A stretch of 64,000 nt of DNA, taken from contig NC_043006.1 of assembly GCF_006345805.1 (NCBI RefSeq), positions 76,446,001 to 76,510,000 on the forward strand. The letters run 5' to 3'. Source of the DNA: Octopus sinensis. Taxonomy: Eukaryota. The notes under the pieces are model-generated. The model was not told the origin of the DNA. It did no database searches and was given only the letters and a program-made list of their open reading frames with translations. This document shows positions 1 through 14,476 of this stretch, piece by piece. The position numbers were made by a program, and so were the translations under genes. Position 1 is the first letter of the stretch. Every line of letters starts with the position of its first letter.

Positions 1-1415
1 GACAAGGAGACAGCTTTATATCTAGTATGGGCCGCATATGTGCAGGTCGCTGACTGCATGAATCCAACTCAACAATGCGTCACCACCTTCCCATCGCCGC
101 AGGACATCCCAATAAAAATAAGATAAATAAATTCTAAAAATAAATAAATATTTAAATATATACTGAAAATAAATAAATATATAAATATATACTAAAAATA
201 AAGATACATATATACTGAAAATAAGATAAATATACATAAGAAAAAATAGAAATAGCAGCACATATCGAGCAGAGGTCAGCAATGCCTGTCAGAATTTTAG
301 GTCTAATAAGGCTTGCACGACTCTTCATAGACCCACTCCACTTTATTTACATTACCAGAAACAAGTCAGCGCAAGATGTCTGGTGCCAATATCAATCGCA
401 AGCTCAGGGATATTGGAGTGCTATGATCTCTAGCACAAACCAAAGATCCCCAAAATATCCGATGCCAATCCCTGCATATGTGGTTTTTATATCAGACTGA
501 CCTTCTCGTAGAGACATGCTTTAACAGAAGCTGAGTGATGCCTCACTCTCAGTGGTCATACAGCACGCTGCACATCATCCCATAATTTCTGTGTACCCGT
601 GCTATTACTTATTACTTGATAGCCGTTGAGCCTTCACTAGATTCACCCGACCTTTAAACAAATCTTGTTTTTAATCCTGCTGTGTTTCTAACAGCCCTCC
701 TCACGAGACTGGCCTGGTGTCGGTGCCGGCTTATTCGTCGACAACCCGAACATGTAACATGTTGTACTGGATTCCATGTTACCAGTAGCACTTATGAGAG
801 CCTCATAAATAACCTGACATACATACATACATTCATAGACATCAAAATTAAGATACGAATATTTGTAATTAGCAAAATTCTCCAGCTATATATGAACAAT
901 TTTACATAATCAACATCCTAAACTAATAATGGTTAACATTTAAATGTAAAGCAAGACAGCGGATGTAAAACTTTTGTTCAAGCAAAGCTGTTAGTTTCGA
1001 ACAAAATCCGCCAAATGTTCTAATCGATAGTTATGTGAACTACAAAAGACTACTGCTTTTACTTGTCGTGTATGTTGGTAATATCCACCGAATTACTTTC
1101 CCTTATGTATTATCATATTGATCAAAGGAACCACTACTTGTTCAATTGATTCTCTATAATCCATATATGAATGCTACCTGACATACCACCGTTCTGACTT
1201 AAAATATAGAAGGTTTATTTCACCACTACTATACTCTATGGTTAGTTTCCACAAATTACTTCCAATCTAATCCACTTCTATCAACAGCTGGCATGTAACT
1301 TTGCATAATTCGTTTGCAAAATATTTGTTAGGTAATAATAATTAATATATTCTTATAATATTTTGCGTCAAACCAGTAATGATCTCATATATTTTCGATC
1401 AAACCAGTTCTGAAA

Positions 1416-1730
1416 GCCCATACCTTAGTGGTTAGGTTATTTGTCTCACCCTCACAAGGTCGTCATTTCAATTCCGGGCGACGCGTTGTGTCTTTGAGAA
1501 AGACACAGTATTTCACGTTGCTCCAGTCCACTCAGCTGACAAAAGTGAGTAGTACCTGTACTTCCAAGGGTCAGCTTTGTCACAGTCTTTGTCACAATGA
1601 ATGTCACTGAGAACTATGTAAAAGGCACGCCTGTCTGTGGAGTGCTCACGCAATTGCATGTTAATTTCACGAGCAGGTTGCATTAATTGGTTCAACTGAA
1701 TCTCTCGTCGTCGTAACCGAAAGAGTGCAA
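1416..1730 (+). mobile_element. tRNA-derived SINE (third family, decayed)
   Basis: A-box-like CCTTAGTGGTTAG and B-box-like TTCAATTCC, followed by GTTGTGTCTTTGAGAAAGACAC and GCTCCAGTCCACTCAGCTG, motifs typical of SINE central domains. Confidence 0.55.
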
Positions 1731-2556
1731 GAAAAAGCCGGTTTGTTTTTTTTTGCCTCTCCATTCAAGTATTGAATTTGTCTCTCTGAGACAATATAAT
1801 CTGTGTTCTATGATTCTTAAATACATTAGAGTGTTGAAAAACAGATAAGTTTCGTATTTAGATGAGATTAAAGGAATTCATATATAAAATGCCCACGTTT
1901 ATTTAACATGCTGAGAAAAGATGCTGAGGTAACCTTTGTGCTTGTGTGCCGGATCTAGATCAAGTTATTAAAGGCAGGGCTGTGAGCTATATATTTATCT
2001 GTATTGCTCCCGCGGCAAAAAATTTAAAATGTCTGTAATTACGTATTTCTTTTAATGTGAACGTACTTATAGCTCAAAAATACGCAATCTCCTTTGTGTG
2101 CCTCTTCTTTTACTAATACAAAGACTTTCCCCCTAAATAATTGGATTCACTATTCCAAAATACCATCCTCTTCACGCGCTTAAGCACCTCCCTTCATCCT
2201 TACTATATCTCGTCCTTCATATCTTGCACGATATCTGCATCTTGTTATTCATCATTAAAACTGCAATCTGTTGCAATTCTACCCAACACACATATCGCCC
2301 CTGCAAATGTTCATGTGGAAATATTCGTGTATATAAGTCTCATCAATTCATTGCTTGGTGAAACATTATAAATTTCATGGGTATTTCCGTTGCTCTTTTG
2401 ACGCAATAATAATCTCTGACATATGCGAAAGATCGCAAAATTGTGGATGAGGAGTTGTCGATAAAAAATAATCCCAGTATATGATCAATTAACTTTTATG
2501 GATCGTAGAAGCTGGAAGTAAAGTTAAGCATGATGGGTTTTTGGAATTAAATACGA

Positions 2557-2712
2557 CTTAGCGGTTCGGCAAAAGAGACCGATAGAATAAGTACTGGGCT
2601 TACAAAGAATAAGTCCCGGGGTCGAGTTGCTCGACTAAAGGCGGTGCCCCAGCATGGCCGCAGTCAAATGACTGAAACAAGTAAAAGAGTGAAAGAGAGA
2701 GTAAAGAGTATA
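2557..2712 (+). mobile_element. SINE family 1, 3' half
   Basis: Matches the 3' half of the full copy at 24859-25268 (GATAGAATAAGTACT...GGCGGTGCCCCAGCATGGCCGCAGTCAAATGACTGAAACAAGTAAAAGA). Confidence 0.9.
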
Positions 2713-2737
2713 TAACCAACAAATATCGGAAGAAATT

Positions 2738-3560
2738 TACGAGGAGTAATTATGTGTAATAAAAGATGCTTTATTCACTTAACTTTCAACATCATCGCCT
2801 TCGAAACGGTCACCTTGAGCGGCTTTACAACCGTCCCAGGATTCCTGCCAATTTTGGAATAAGGTCTGAAATTCGTTTTCCGTAAAGGAATCAAGAACCT
2901 TCTAGAATTCGCTCTGGATATGGACAACTGTGTTAAAACGGCGAGCTTTGAGCTTGTCATCTTGGGGAAGAAATGGATATCTGCAGCGAATAGGAATAGG
3001 GCAGATGTAGAAGTTATTTTTGGCGAGAAACTCACGTATGAGCCCGGAGACATGGTGCATTATCGTTCTGAAGAATCCTCTTCTTCACGCTCTACAGATC
3101 TGGTCGATTTGACAGAATGTCCTCTCTCAAACGCTTCAAAACTTTGCAGTAGAACTCTCGATTGACGGTCTGAACTTGGGGGAAGAGTTCTCGATGCACA
3201 ATACCACATTTCCGGGGATGACGTTCGTAGCAAGGCTTCCAGATCGCAAATCTTCTTCCAAGGATATTCACAAGGTGTTTTAAGCACATGTACCACTCGA
3301 AACATCGCGAACGACACATTACCTCGTTTCCTCAAACTTACCGAAGTATGATCAATGTCTCTGTAGCAGATTTCCCACGTTTAACGCAAAATTTCACTTT
3401 GGCTATTTGTTCTTGTCAATGACAAAGTGACAAACTACAGCATACACGTGATCACAGAAACATGAATTTTAAAACTTGCGAAGTAAACGAGTGGGTGTTA
3501 CTCAGCACCCTGTTAGCCCTCCCTGCGCACCGAACCGGGAACACTAACGATTTTGCAAAT
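2738..3560 (-). mobile_element. Internally deleted mariner (Tc1/mariner) transposon relic
   Basis: Minus-strand frames give the N-terminal HTH segment (KFCVKRGKSATETL...MCRSRCFEW) joined directly to GIVHRELFPQVQTVNREFYCKVLKRLRE, then the C-terminal FQNWQESWDGCKAAQGDRFEGD. Contains stops and frameshifts; element ends are approximate. Confidence 0.8.
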
Positions 3561-3763
3561 CGATTAACCTTCCGCTATAAAAATTATAAAATCAAAATTA
3601 TTTGTTTCTATGTGAGTGGTGTACACACTGGACTTATATTGATGGTATTGCCTTATTTTGAAAAAATACATTTTGTTAATTATTTTGCTTTGAGCATTAT
3701 AATCAATGTATCAGTCCGAAATTCATCACAATATGTTTCAACAATGTGGAAATTTCATTCATC

Positions 3764-4717
3764 AAAGTAAGTACCATTATAATTAACACATTTTTGTTAA
3801 CGAGTTACAAGTTTGCCTATTCTGGTAACATAAATATCTGGTGTTCTGGAGCTGATGAACTCTTTCAACGCACTCTCAGCATCGGTTTGATTTTTGAACT
3901 CATCTCTCAGGAAGCCATCGCAGGAAACTTCGTAGCCAAGTTCCATCAACTTCTGGAGCATCATTAATGAAACGTGTGGTCAAGCATTGTCATGACGAAT
4001 GATTGGCTCACTTCTGTTGACCAAGCTGAGACAGAGGAGTAGGAGTTCATTGTTCATTTTGGCAATTTCATGGTAATATGTTTCTGCAGTAATGGCTTTT
4101 CGGGGTTTTAAGAAGTTATAGTGGATGAGTCCAGTAGTACACCACCAAACCGTCACTATAACCTTTTTGAAGAGCTCAAGTGTATGGAAGGGTGTTCAGT
4201 GCTTCATTTTGGTCCAATCACTGCGAAAAATGACGTTTTTTATTGCACAGAATCATTTTTGTATTGCACAGAATCATTTCTTCATTGCAAGTTACAATAT
4301 GGTCGAGAAATGGATCAGTCTGGTTACGGAGAAGAGACGACGAGCGAATTTCATATCTGCGCATTTTTTGATTTCCCTTCAAATTGTGTGCTACCCATTT
4401 GTCAAGGTCTTTTGATTTTCCGATTGCAGGCAAATAGTTGCAGTCTGTTTTCCGGCTAACTTGATGGTCTTTTGCCAGTTCTCAATGACGGTTTTTAATT
4501 GACCATCATCTATGACAGATGGGCATCCACTACGCTCACTAACTTTAGGGCTCAGTTCTCCACTGCGAAATCGTTTAAGCCATTTTGAAGCCGACCACTC
4601 ATTGGTCATTTCCTCACCAAACGCTTCGTTGTTATCGCGAGCAGTTTCAGCTGCTTTACGTCCTTTTTTGAAGCTGAATAGCAAAATTGTTCGAATATCG
4701 CGCTTTGACAGTTCCAT
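3764..4717 (-). pseudogene. Mariner transposase pseudogene, Hsmar1/cecropia-like
   Basis: MELSKRDIRTILLFSFKKGRKAAETARDNNEAFG..., FLDHIVTCNEEMIL, KKVIVTVWW...GLIHYNFLNP, HDNA*PH and KCVNYNGTYFDE*. Frameshifted, and the YSPDL region is deleted. Confidence 0.9.
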
Positions 4718-4867
4718 TTCAGATTATTGTAACAACGGTGAAAGAAATATTAATGTTAATTTATTCATGCATTTGGACAAGTCTGTGTGTGTATTATCAG
4801 ACATTTGAAAAAAGTATAAAAGCAATCAAAATTCTGCAAAAATCCTGTATAAAGTCTTCTGCTTCAA

Positions 4868-4897
4868 AACGTTGCTTACTTTTTACTCAACCTGATA
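4868..4897 (-). repeat. Mariner terminal inverted repeat (5' end) with TA target
   Basis: Reverse complement reads TATCAGGTTGAGTAAAAAGTAAGCAACG, similar to Hsmar1-type TIRs. The matching TIR at the other end is not clearly preserved. Confidence 0.65.
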
Positions 4898-5222
4898 GTT
4901 GAAAATCATATATATGAAAGAAACGGGAAGAGATTTGAAGGCAGCTTATAAGGAAACTGATGTTATCGCAAGTGGAAATAGATTCAATATTAAGTGTTTC
5001 ATAAATAAATAATTGTCCTGATTTATGGAAGATAGAAGAGATGAAGGAAATTGCTAAAGGAAGGAGTGATAGATGGTCAATACTGCACATTTGTAACGAA
5101 AAGGGAAAGTTTGGAAATGAGCTAGACTGACTTCGCATTGGTCATCAGGAGAAATACTAAAATAAATTAGAGTACAAGCAGTCAACTGATAGGTGCATAG
5201 ATACATACGCGCTCATACACAC

Positions 5223-5253
<31 letters not shown>

Positions 5254-5898
5254 CACTCTCACACACATATTGCTTCAGCTTACACCCACATGTATATACT
5301 CTAAATTGATTAAGGATGTAAAAAGTCAATCTAGTTTACTAAAATATATCTATGATCACGAATGTCTTTCATAAGTAATTTTGAAATCCATATTCATTTA
5401 TCATGTAAGACAGATGAAGATTCTCTTCTTATATTTTGATTTCCTTTCTGAAATTAACTACAAATGTATTTTTTCTAGGTTGCTGTAACACAACACATCA
5501 AGATAGATGAGACGCTTGAGGTGATGACATACATTGTCATCTTGATTCCTTAGTGAATGAGATGATTTATGATGCTTACTTATCTCCTAGTCACTCAATT
5601 TTCTTTTACAATTCAGTCAGTGTGATCGATAATCAATCATGAACAATTGAATGAGAGGTGAGGGTGGATTTTGCAAACTATGTATATTGAGAGAAAAATA
5701 TAATACAGGATGAAAACTTAACCAGAAACATGCATTTGAAAATTGTTTAAGTGAATATTTCAGTATTGATCTCAAAGATATTTAACATATATTGATTAGT
5801 TTTCGTCTTCACCTATCCAATATCAAACGTCATTTTAAAATCTGAAACCAAGCATTTGAAAGGGTGACCTCGACTGACTAGGTTTGTCTCACAACTAA

Positions 5899-6120
5899 GG
5901 AGCTTACTCTGTTGTCTCTGGGGAGAGTAATTCTCTTTTTGTGCCTTATAATTTAACACCCTCACCGGTAAAATTTCCACTTGTTTCTTTTTTTGTTTCA
6001 TAAAATTGTCGTTGCGTCTTGCAATAGTCTTGAAATAAGTGGAAATTTTACCGGTGAGTGTGTTAAATTATAAGACACAAAAAGAAAATGACTTTCCCCA
6101 AACACAACAGAATATGCTTC
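5899..6120. repeat. Foldback/MITE-like inverted repeat (~80-90 bp arms, ~45 bp spacer)
   Basis: 5909-5987 (CTGTTGTCTCTGGGAGAG...CACCGGTAAAATTTCCACTTGTTTC) is the ~88% identical reverse complement of 6032-6110. Confidence 0.85.
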
Positions 6121-7119
6121 AACACACGAACTCACATAAAAAGTCTTGCAAACCAAATCCAAAAACGAAATAAGGAGCTTACATTATAGCTTCAATTAAA
6201 CATTGATATAGGAAATATGCCCGATATGTATTTTTCCAGTTAATGTTGAAGTTAAAAATATTTATATGGGATCGTCTTAATCGATTCATCTTACTTTCAA
6301 TATGTTTTGATTACCGCCTACGTATGACGTGAATGTAAATCGAACTGGATTAGAAGTGAGACAAAATGTTGAGTAAATAGAGCCGGGCCGACGAGCAAAA
6401 CTGTACACAATCCATCGATTTGCTAGACATAGAAGCAAATCACCTCCCAACTCACACCTACACAATTACAAGTGTCAATGTCCTTGATGAAAGAAAAAAA
6501 TATACATGGAATGGTTAGGGCTGGGTCATAAGTGAATAATAGATCTATTCGTTCATTGTGGCAACAGATAAAAATTATCAACGTAAACAAGAAACTGATT
6601 TTGCGGGAAAATTATATTTAAGTTTAATGCATTGAGAACAGGAAAATGCGATGCCGGAAAAATTTGCGTCACAACCTGATTGTTTTGTGCTGGTTTCCAT
6701 GTTGTGGAGTATTGAAGATGGATTTACTGTGAGCAACATGTATTCATGAATGAATATATTGTCTTGGGGTAAAAATAGCTACCACCTAGATTATATCATG
6801 GTAAATGCATATCCAGTTAATGAGAGAAATATTGTATTTTCTTTAGAAATCTATCTTCCAAACAAGAAAAGAAAATGCGCAAAAATGTTCCACTATTCCG
6901 AGGTCTAATACATTATGCTTCCGATAATTTAAAAAATAAAATCTATACAAGATATATTTCTTACATATTAAGTAAATAAAGGGCATTAAATAAATGCACA
7001 CACACGCGCGCGCGCACACACCACCATACATACATGCACACAAGTGTGAGTATATATATATATATGAATGTATATATATATGTGTATATATATATATATA
7101 TGGAATGGTCAGGGCTGTA

Positions 7120-7185
<66 letters not shown>

Positions 7186-8980
7186 TGTGTGTGTAAATTC
7201 GTAAATTCTAATATAAAAGGAACATTAGTAGAATAATAAACATTTGATACATACAGGTAAGCCATATTATTATAGCATTTGGAGACCAGTCGCTCTAGAG
7301 AAGGCCCATAAATCAATATATGGCATCCACAATATATACAAATGATAAATTAATCCTATTAAGATTTGCAATAAACTACGGCTTATATGATATTAGTTCT
7401 TGGGTATTCTAAGTTTTGTCATATCAACACCTCAAGAGATCAGATGCTTGGTTTTGCAAAGATAAAGTATAAATATAGATGTTACTGGTATCCCCAATAA
7501 CATTCCACGAAACAATTGGTCATGAGCGAAGTAGAATTTCTTATGATGAGCATTCACAAATAACAATGAGTGAAATTTGAACTTATTAATTGGAGGAGTA
7601 AAGTCTACAAATGCTAGAAGCTGAAGTTTTCTATATCGAAAGTCTTCTATACCGAAGTTTTCTATACCGAAATATTTATATAATTTTCAGTATATTTGCA
7701 CCAACTTCTTTCATACATGAAGGTAGTTAACTTAATTTACTTGATATATCGTATAAGCTTCTTAACTGCTTGTCTTGTGTCGCCGAATAGCTACCACCGT
7801 TGTTATTTACTCTGTAAATTCTGTTTAGCTCACGTGTGTTTAGCTGTAGACATGAAGGTGCTTATTTTTGACACAACAATGTTTTCTGGTTAAATTTTAT
7901 GACTATTCTCTGGAAGTTCATACGGCAATTGTCATTTGATGATGTGACCCTGTAGTTTGGAGCACATTAGCAATAGCAATTAGCTAGTAGTTTTCATTAG
8001 TGTGTTTATAGCTACAGGAGCAATGACATCATTACTGTCGTAAAGAATGGGCTCACTCCAAATTGTAAACATCTGGCAAATGACCAAACAACCGTTGATC
8101 TCCAAAACCAAAGGAGTTCCATGCTTTCAGAAAATTTAAACAGTTGAACATTGGATCAAATTGACGGTAATTTATGCAAGTTTAATTCCATGGGCTTTTC
8201 TTCCATTTTGAAGTAACAACAGGTTTATAACATGTGTCAACTGACACCATTTTACCTACTACTTCTTTTTGACTTTCATAGTGGAAGCCGCTAAACTGTC
8301 TTGAGTATCTTTATTTATGGGTGGTTTTCACGTATTAGGCTTCCTGGAATGGGTCAGTCAGCTTTTATTGTTGTTGTTTTATTGCATCGGATCAAACACT
8401 ATAAATTCAGAACTGCTTTCATCACGTATGTGCACGAATATTTTACACTTAAGCGATTTAGTGCCGTATGTTGCGTCAAATGTCTTTTTCTCAATAGTTT
8501 CACATTGCTATTTGCAAATATGAATGCTTCTTTCATTCGGGGAAGAAGACTTTGAGTAAAAACAACTATTTTGTGTTATGTGTCTGACTTTCTATAATTG
8601 TAAATTAACATATTTTTGGAATGAAGTTGATCGATCTTCTTTATTTTACTTTCAAGGACACCCGGCATTTGACGACCTTTGGTCGTAAGAGAAATACTGT
8701 TGTCTGAAAAGAAAATATCATGTTTTAGGTATTTGAACATTGTTTCCTGCGATGAAATTTTCTCTATATCTAACCGTAAAAGCGCAAAATCTCATTCGAC
8801 AGTTGCTTCGAAGGTGTCATTGTTTACGTGTGTGCCCTGCCATACACCTAATAATATATGATTAAAGGGACAAAGATTATAAAATGTGTGTCCCCTATCA
8901 TACACCTAATAATATGTGACTACGGGAACAAAGATTATAACATGTGCAGTAGCTCAGCAAAAGATCTACATACACACACA

Positions 8981-9029
<49 letters not shown>

Positions 9030-9628
9030 TTATTGCAGTTGTTGCTTGTTTAAAAGTACGTCATCAAATTGAACGCATGTATAAGAGACGTAGTGAAGTG
9101 CATATTACCGATGTCTTAAACGTAATTTCTTGTACACTCATCATGGGAATTATTTTCTGTGGGGGAGGGGGGACTTATAACATTTTTAATTATGTAAACA
9201 TCAAATGGATGGAAACTGCATATACTTTCGAAATACACAGAAGATTTATATCCTAATTATGCAATGATGAGCAGTTTCAATTTACACGTAATAAATGAAT
9301 ATAAAACCAGTAGCTGACTTGCTAAAGGCATACGATATCACTAAAGAATGCAATACTATAATTTTCACTTCACTGTAATTTAATTTAAATATAGACGCGT
9401 TCAGTAATAAATATTCATTTAGGTCTACAACTTGTAACAAACAGGAAAACCCTGGAAAACTGGTGATTTTAATAAATCATTTATAAACAAACAGAAATTA
9501 TGGAATTGTAAGACGCAGAATTGAGGTTACATTACATTTTACTTTTAAGTGACAAGGAAAGAAGTATTTATGTTTTGAAGATTCCAAGTTGGCCGTCTGA
9601 TCGCGACTTGGGAACCTCATTTTAGGTG

Positions 9629-9690
<62 letters not shown>

Positions 9691-9840
9691 TTTGTGTGTT
9701 TGTGTGTATGTGTGTGTTTGTGTGTGTCTGTGTGTGTGCGTCCGTGTATATATATATATATATATATAAGGCGTGTGTGTGTGTATGCATGTATGTATAT
9801 ATATATATTCATTAAGATTTATCATCATTACTGATACTGA

Positions 9841-9878
<38 letters not shown>

Positions 9879-10214
9879 ATAATAGTGATAATAATAACAA
9901 CACCAGCAGCAGAAGCAATAACAAAAACAACAACAACAACACCAACAATAATAATAATAACAATCTCAAATAAAGACAGTTGGGAAACAAGTCCTGTAAA
10001 GAATCATTCTTTGCAATGATATGAATAATTTCAAATCCAAATAAAGGCATGAATAGGAAGACTGCCGTTAATGTCTAAGACACCAGATCTCCTGTTCCCG
10101 TCAGGGGCCCCTCAGAGGTCAATGGAGTTGATAATTGGACTCCACCCAGTCATAGTCTTTTTACTGCTGAAAATATTTATTTCGTTATGACAGGGAGCTA
10201 AACTTAGAAGGTAC

Positions 10215-10394
10215 AAAGAAGGAGAAAAGGATTAAGTCGATTACATTGAACCCCAGTGCGTAACTGGTACTTTTTTAATCGACCCCGAATGAATAAAAGG
10301 CAAAGTTGACCTCGAAAGAATTTGAACTCAGAACGTAAAGACGGACGAATACCGCAAAGCATTTTGTCGGACGTGCTAACGATTCTGCCAGCTC
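10215..10394 (-). mobile_element. SINE family 2 (decayed)
   Basis: Reverse-complement homology to the full copy at 56787-57018 (GAGTTCAAATT B box, TTTGCCTTT...CGGGGTCGAT, AGTACCAGTTACGCACTGGGG). Confidence 0.85.
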
Positions 10395-10399
10395 ACAGT

Positions 10400-11950
10400 C
10401 CAAAAGTGGTCTGTTGATATGAACAAAAAGGCATTTAAGTGTCATGAACAAGCTTTGCTACACAAGAACAATGGCAAAAGTAAAGCTGTCGGAAAAAGAT
10501 CATTAGCATTTTGAATCCTGTTCAGTATGTTCGAGATTATTGAAAATGGGCTCATGAATCAGATAAAAATAATTCGGAATGGAGGTTTACTTAATGAGAC
10601 CCAGATTCGGACAGACAATCAAGGAAAGTCTCCGTAGTGATGACAACCTGGAGGAGGATAATATAGGTAAAGATCAGCGAATGCCTAGACATGGTGTAGT
10701 AGAGGTGAGGCTGGCCAATGAATATAATGTAGAAAAAACTGTATGACGAGGGGGTATGACTCAGGAACAGAGAAACCTCAGAATAAGACTCGCGGATATA
10801 ATATTTACGAGGATATAATAGTTACAAAAACAGAAACCAAACCGGTGCATTTGGGAAGCTTCGACCGTAACAATGGGAAATGCACGACCCAAATGGTTGA
10901 TGAGATTCTTAAATACATTCTGACAAAATATCTATCGGAAACAAGAGATTTGGTCAGATGTGCTGCAATTTATTAAGAGCTTAGGAGGCGATACAGAAGA
11001 TAATATACTTCCTGATGCAGAGGAAACCCGCCAATTTTGGAGTAACTAGAAGTTTCACACAACCCCGGTGCCAAGTGGATTCATTCCGTGAGATCGGAAC
11101 TCCAGCATCCGGTGAATTCACGACAGGACCATGTGCTCATAACCATAGAAGATGTAATTGCACAGGTATCTAAACCGCCAAACTGGAAAGCGCAGGACCA
11201 GATGGAATTCAAGACTACACCATCAATGGGTTTAGGTCAACACACAAGCGAATTCCGTTGTAATTAGACAATTGCATACGGAGTGGATTGTGTAGGAAAA
11301 TGTAACATTGTTGATGGAAAATCAGTCAAAGGTGAATGAAGTTTGCAATTATCCACCCTTTGCTTGTATTAACGTGTTATGGAGAGTATTAACAGACATC
11401 CTCACAGGGAAAATATATATGTTCCTTGCAGAAAACAATCTACTTTCAGTAGAACAAAAGTGATGTCAAAAAGGATCAAAGACAACCAAGGACCACCATG
11501 TGATACACAAAGTTTTAGTGAAGAACTGTAAACAGCACGAAAAATACTTGTGCATAGCCTGGTTAGACTTTAAAAAGGCTTACGGCAGGTTGCCGCTTCG
11601 TGGATATTTTTAACATTCGATGTGTGGTGGAAAAGATGAGATCGGTAAGATGTAGCAGCACGAGTGTCAAACCTGAAAGTAATAACTGTTGTCATCGAAG
11701 CATTGGGTTCAATACCACTCAACCTGAAAAAAGACATCTGGAAGCTTTAGAAATACCCTGCAATCTAGGTTTTGTCGCAAAAATCGGCATAACTTGGTAC
11801 TGAACACATATTGCGGTATGTACTGTGTGTGTGAGGTCCTTGTTGTGACTTGACAGACAGTGTAAACACCCAGCAGACCCAATATCTTCAATCAAGAGCA
11901 TCAAGATTTTGGATACTGTGCGACGTCTTAAATGATAATGATAATAATTT
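10400..11950 (+). mobile_element. Decayed, internally deleted R4/Dong-type RLE LINE
   Basis: Remnants NQIKIIRNGGLLNETQI, AEETRQFWS, a frameshifted NWKA-PGPDGIQ and IAWLDFKKAY, then a jump to the C-terminal LKVITVVIEALGSIP...LGTEHILRYVL and a TAA-like tail. Confidence 0.7.
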
Positions 11951-12019
11951 TCTAGTCAACACCGACAGAATGATGTAGGTCAATCGATCCGACATAGTCA
12001 TTATAAGTGAGAGAAGCAA

Positions 12020-12300
12020 ATACTAATAGACTAATATATGTAAGTGTTCACACAGATAAAAAATATATCTGTAAAGGAATTTGACAAATTAGGTAAATAT
12101 AAGGACCAGGAAATTGAAATACAAAAATGTGGCATGTTAAAGTCAGAACTTCCTTTTACTGTGAGTTCCCTATGTATCATAAGAAAGGGATGTTAGAAAC
12201 AGATATATAATATCCCAGGAGAGCCATGTCTCAGAGGAATCCAAAAGACTGTGCTTAAATGTACTGACCACATCGTTAAAAAAAAAGCCCCTTTCTGTTT
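12020..12300 (+). mobile_element. R4/Dong-type LINE 3' coding remnant
   Basis: Translates with frameshifts to DKNISVKEFDKLGKYKD(L)EIEIQK...IPGEPCLRGIQKTVL, the RLE domain C-terminus. Confidence 0.7.
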
Positions 12301-12513
12301 AGATGTTTGTGTTTTATTACATGAAGATATTTCACTACTGCCCCTGCCGATTGCCCTCCCCAAGCTTTCAGTTATGCTGTAACGTCTATTATCCTTCACA
12401 CGCCCAAGCACGTGAGGTGTGTCTCGGCGCGTGATTCTAACAAATATGCAGATTAAAAGTCAATAATAACAACTACGGCAACACCATCAACAATAATACT
12501 AATGATGTTGATG

Positions 12514-12629
<116 letters not shown>

Positions 12630-12643
12630 TATTATTATTATTA

Positions 12644-12712
<69 letters not shown>

Positions 12713-12740
12713 ATTATTATTATTATTATTATCATCATCA

Positions 12741-13126
<386 letters not shown>

Positions 13127-13304
13127 TAGTAATAATAAAAATGCAGAAAATGTATTTGATATTGCTACATTTACAAAGCACATACGTGTTTACTTAATCA
13201 GATTAATCAATGTTTTGCTGAAATTACATAATTTACTCGCAACGCCTTATCGTTGATTTCGGTAATGTAAACATGCATGCTCGCACGTATGTATATACAC
13301 ACGT

Positions 13305-13351
<47 letters not shown>

Positions 13352-14476
13352 ACCTTCGTGACATCCACCTTGCGAACGACACACCGGTCTCACGCCATTT
13401 CCGCTCCACCGGTCACTCCTTGCAACACCTATCTGTGTTCGGTTTGTCCTTACACAGAGGCCATCCGGATTCCCGTTTGCGCCGTGAACAGGAATTAATC
13501 TTCTCTCTTCGCTCTTATACGCCATTTGGTCTCAACTCTCCCCCCCTCCTCATCTAACCCCCCTCCCCCCTCCTCACCTATCCTTTCTCCCCCCGACCCC
13601 CACTTCTTCAGTCCTTCATCCTTTCACCCCTACTCCCCTTCCCTTCTTCCCTCTTTCTCCCTCCCTCTTCCCCTTCCCTCTGCTCCCTCTCTCCCCTTCC
13701 TTCTCCCCCATCCTCTCCTCTTCCCCCTTCTCCTCCCCCTCTTCTTCCCCTCCCCTTCTCCCCCTCCCCCTCTTCTCCTCACTACACCACATGACTTTAC
13801 ACATCACATCACATATGATGTGCCATACTAATACACACACCAACTAATACATACTAATACGTACTAATACATACTAGTACATACTAATACTTACACCAAC
13901 CCTATACATACACACGTCCAGACCCCGCATACGCACTTATACTCTCTCACACACACACACACACACTATACATACCAATACGTACTAATACATACTAATA
14001 CATACTAATACATACACCAACCCCATACATACGCACGTCCAGACCAATCCTACGCACTAATACTCTCTCATACACACACACACACACACACACACCCTTA
14101 TACATACTAATACATACACCAACCCTATACATACACACATCCAGACCCCTCCCACGCACTTTTAGCTGGTTCCTCAACCACTTTTATCAACCCTATTATC
14201 TCCCCTTATTTCGCTCTCGCGTCTCATGTTTGATCTTTGACCTCTGGCCGAAATCAGATCGCCATGTTGATTCGTTAGCTACTGCACGCATTTTTTTTCT
14301 CTCCTTCTTTCTGTGTTTTTCTGTCTCTGTGTATCTTTCTGCTGAAGAGCGTAGGCTCGAAACGTTAAAGACTTGTTTTATTTATATTTCCTGAGCGCCA
14401 TACTAATACAATTGTTCGTTTGTTTTCCACCTGCCTTCGTCTTTTGTTTATTTTCATAAAGCTTCCCGTTATATAT
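13352..14476 (+). repeat. 5' pseudo-LTR (5'-truncated upstream copy of the element's 3' end)
   Basis: Begins inside the GIY-YIG coding region (HLRDIHLANDTPVSRH...) and ends at GCTTCCCGTTATATAT. It differs from the 3' copy by a few substitutions and small homopolymer/CA indels. Confidence 0.95.
14334..14371 (+). ncRNA. Minimal type I hammerhead ribozyme fold (core CUGCUGA, GUU cleavage triplet)
   Basis: Stem I UCUUU/AAAGA, core CUGCUGA-A, stem II GAGC-GUAG-GCUC, GAAA, palindromic ACGU stem III and a U17. Penelope pseudo-LTRs are known to carry minimal hammerheads. Confidence 0.8.

Noticed and set aside
5479-5520. 42-nt candidate exon (VAVTQHIKIDETLE) after TTTTTTCTAG
   Set aside because: Weak donor (GTGATG) and no supporting homology.
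7900-8260. Minus-strand LLQNGRKAHGIKL, reminiscent of a Pif1/Helitron motif
   Set aside because: Single short motif with no confirmable neighbouring helicase motifs.
10085-10145. CTG-TTCCCGT-CAG, resembling the P3/L3 of an HDV-like ribozyme upstream of a Dong-type remnant
   Set aside because: I could not find matching P1 and P2 partners; only the small hairpin is supported.
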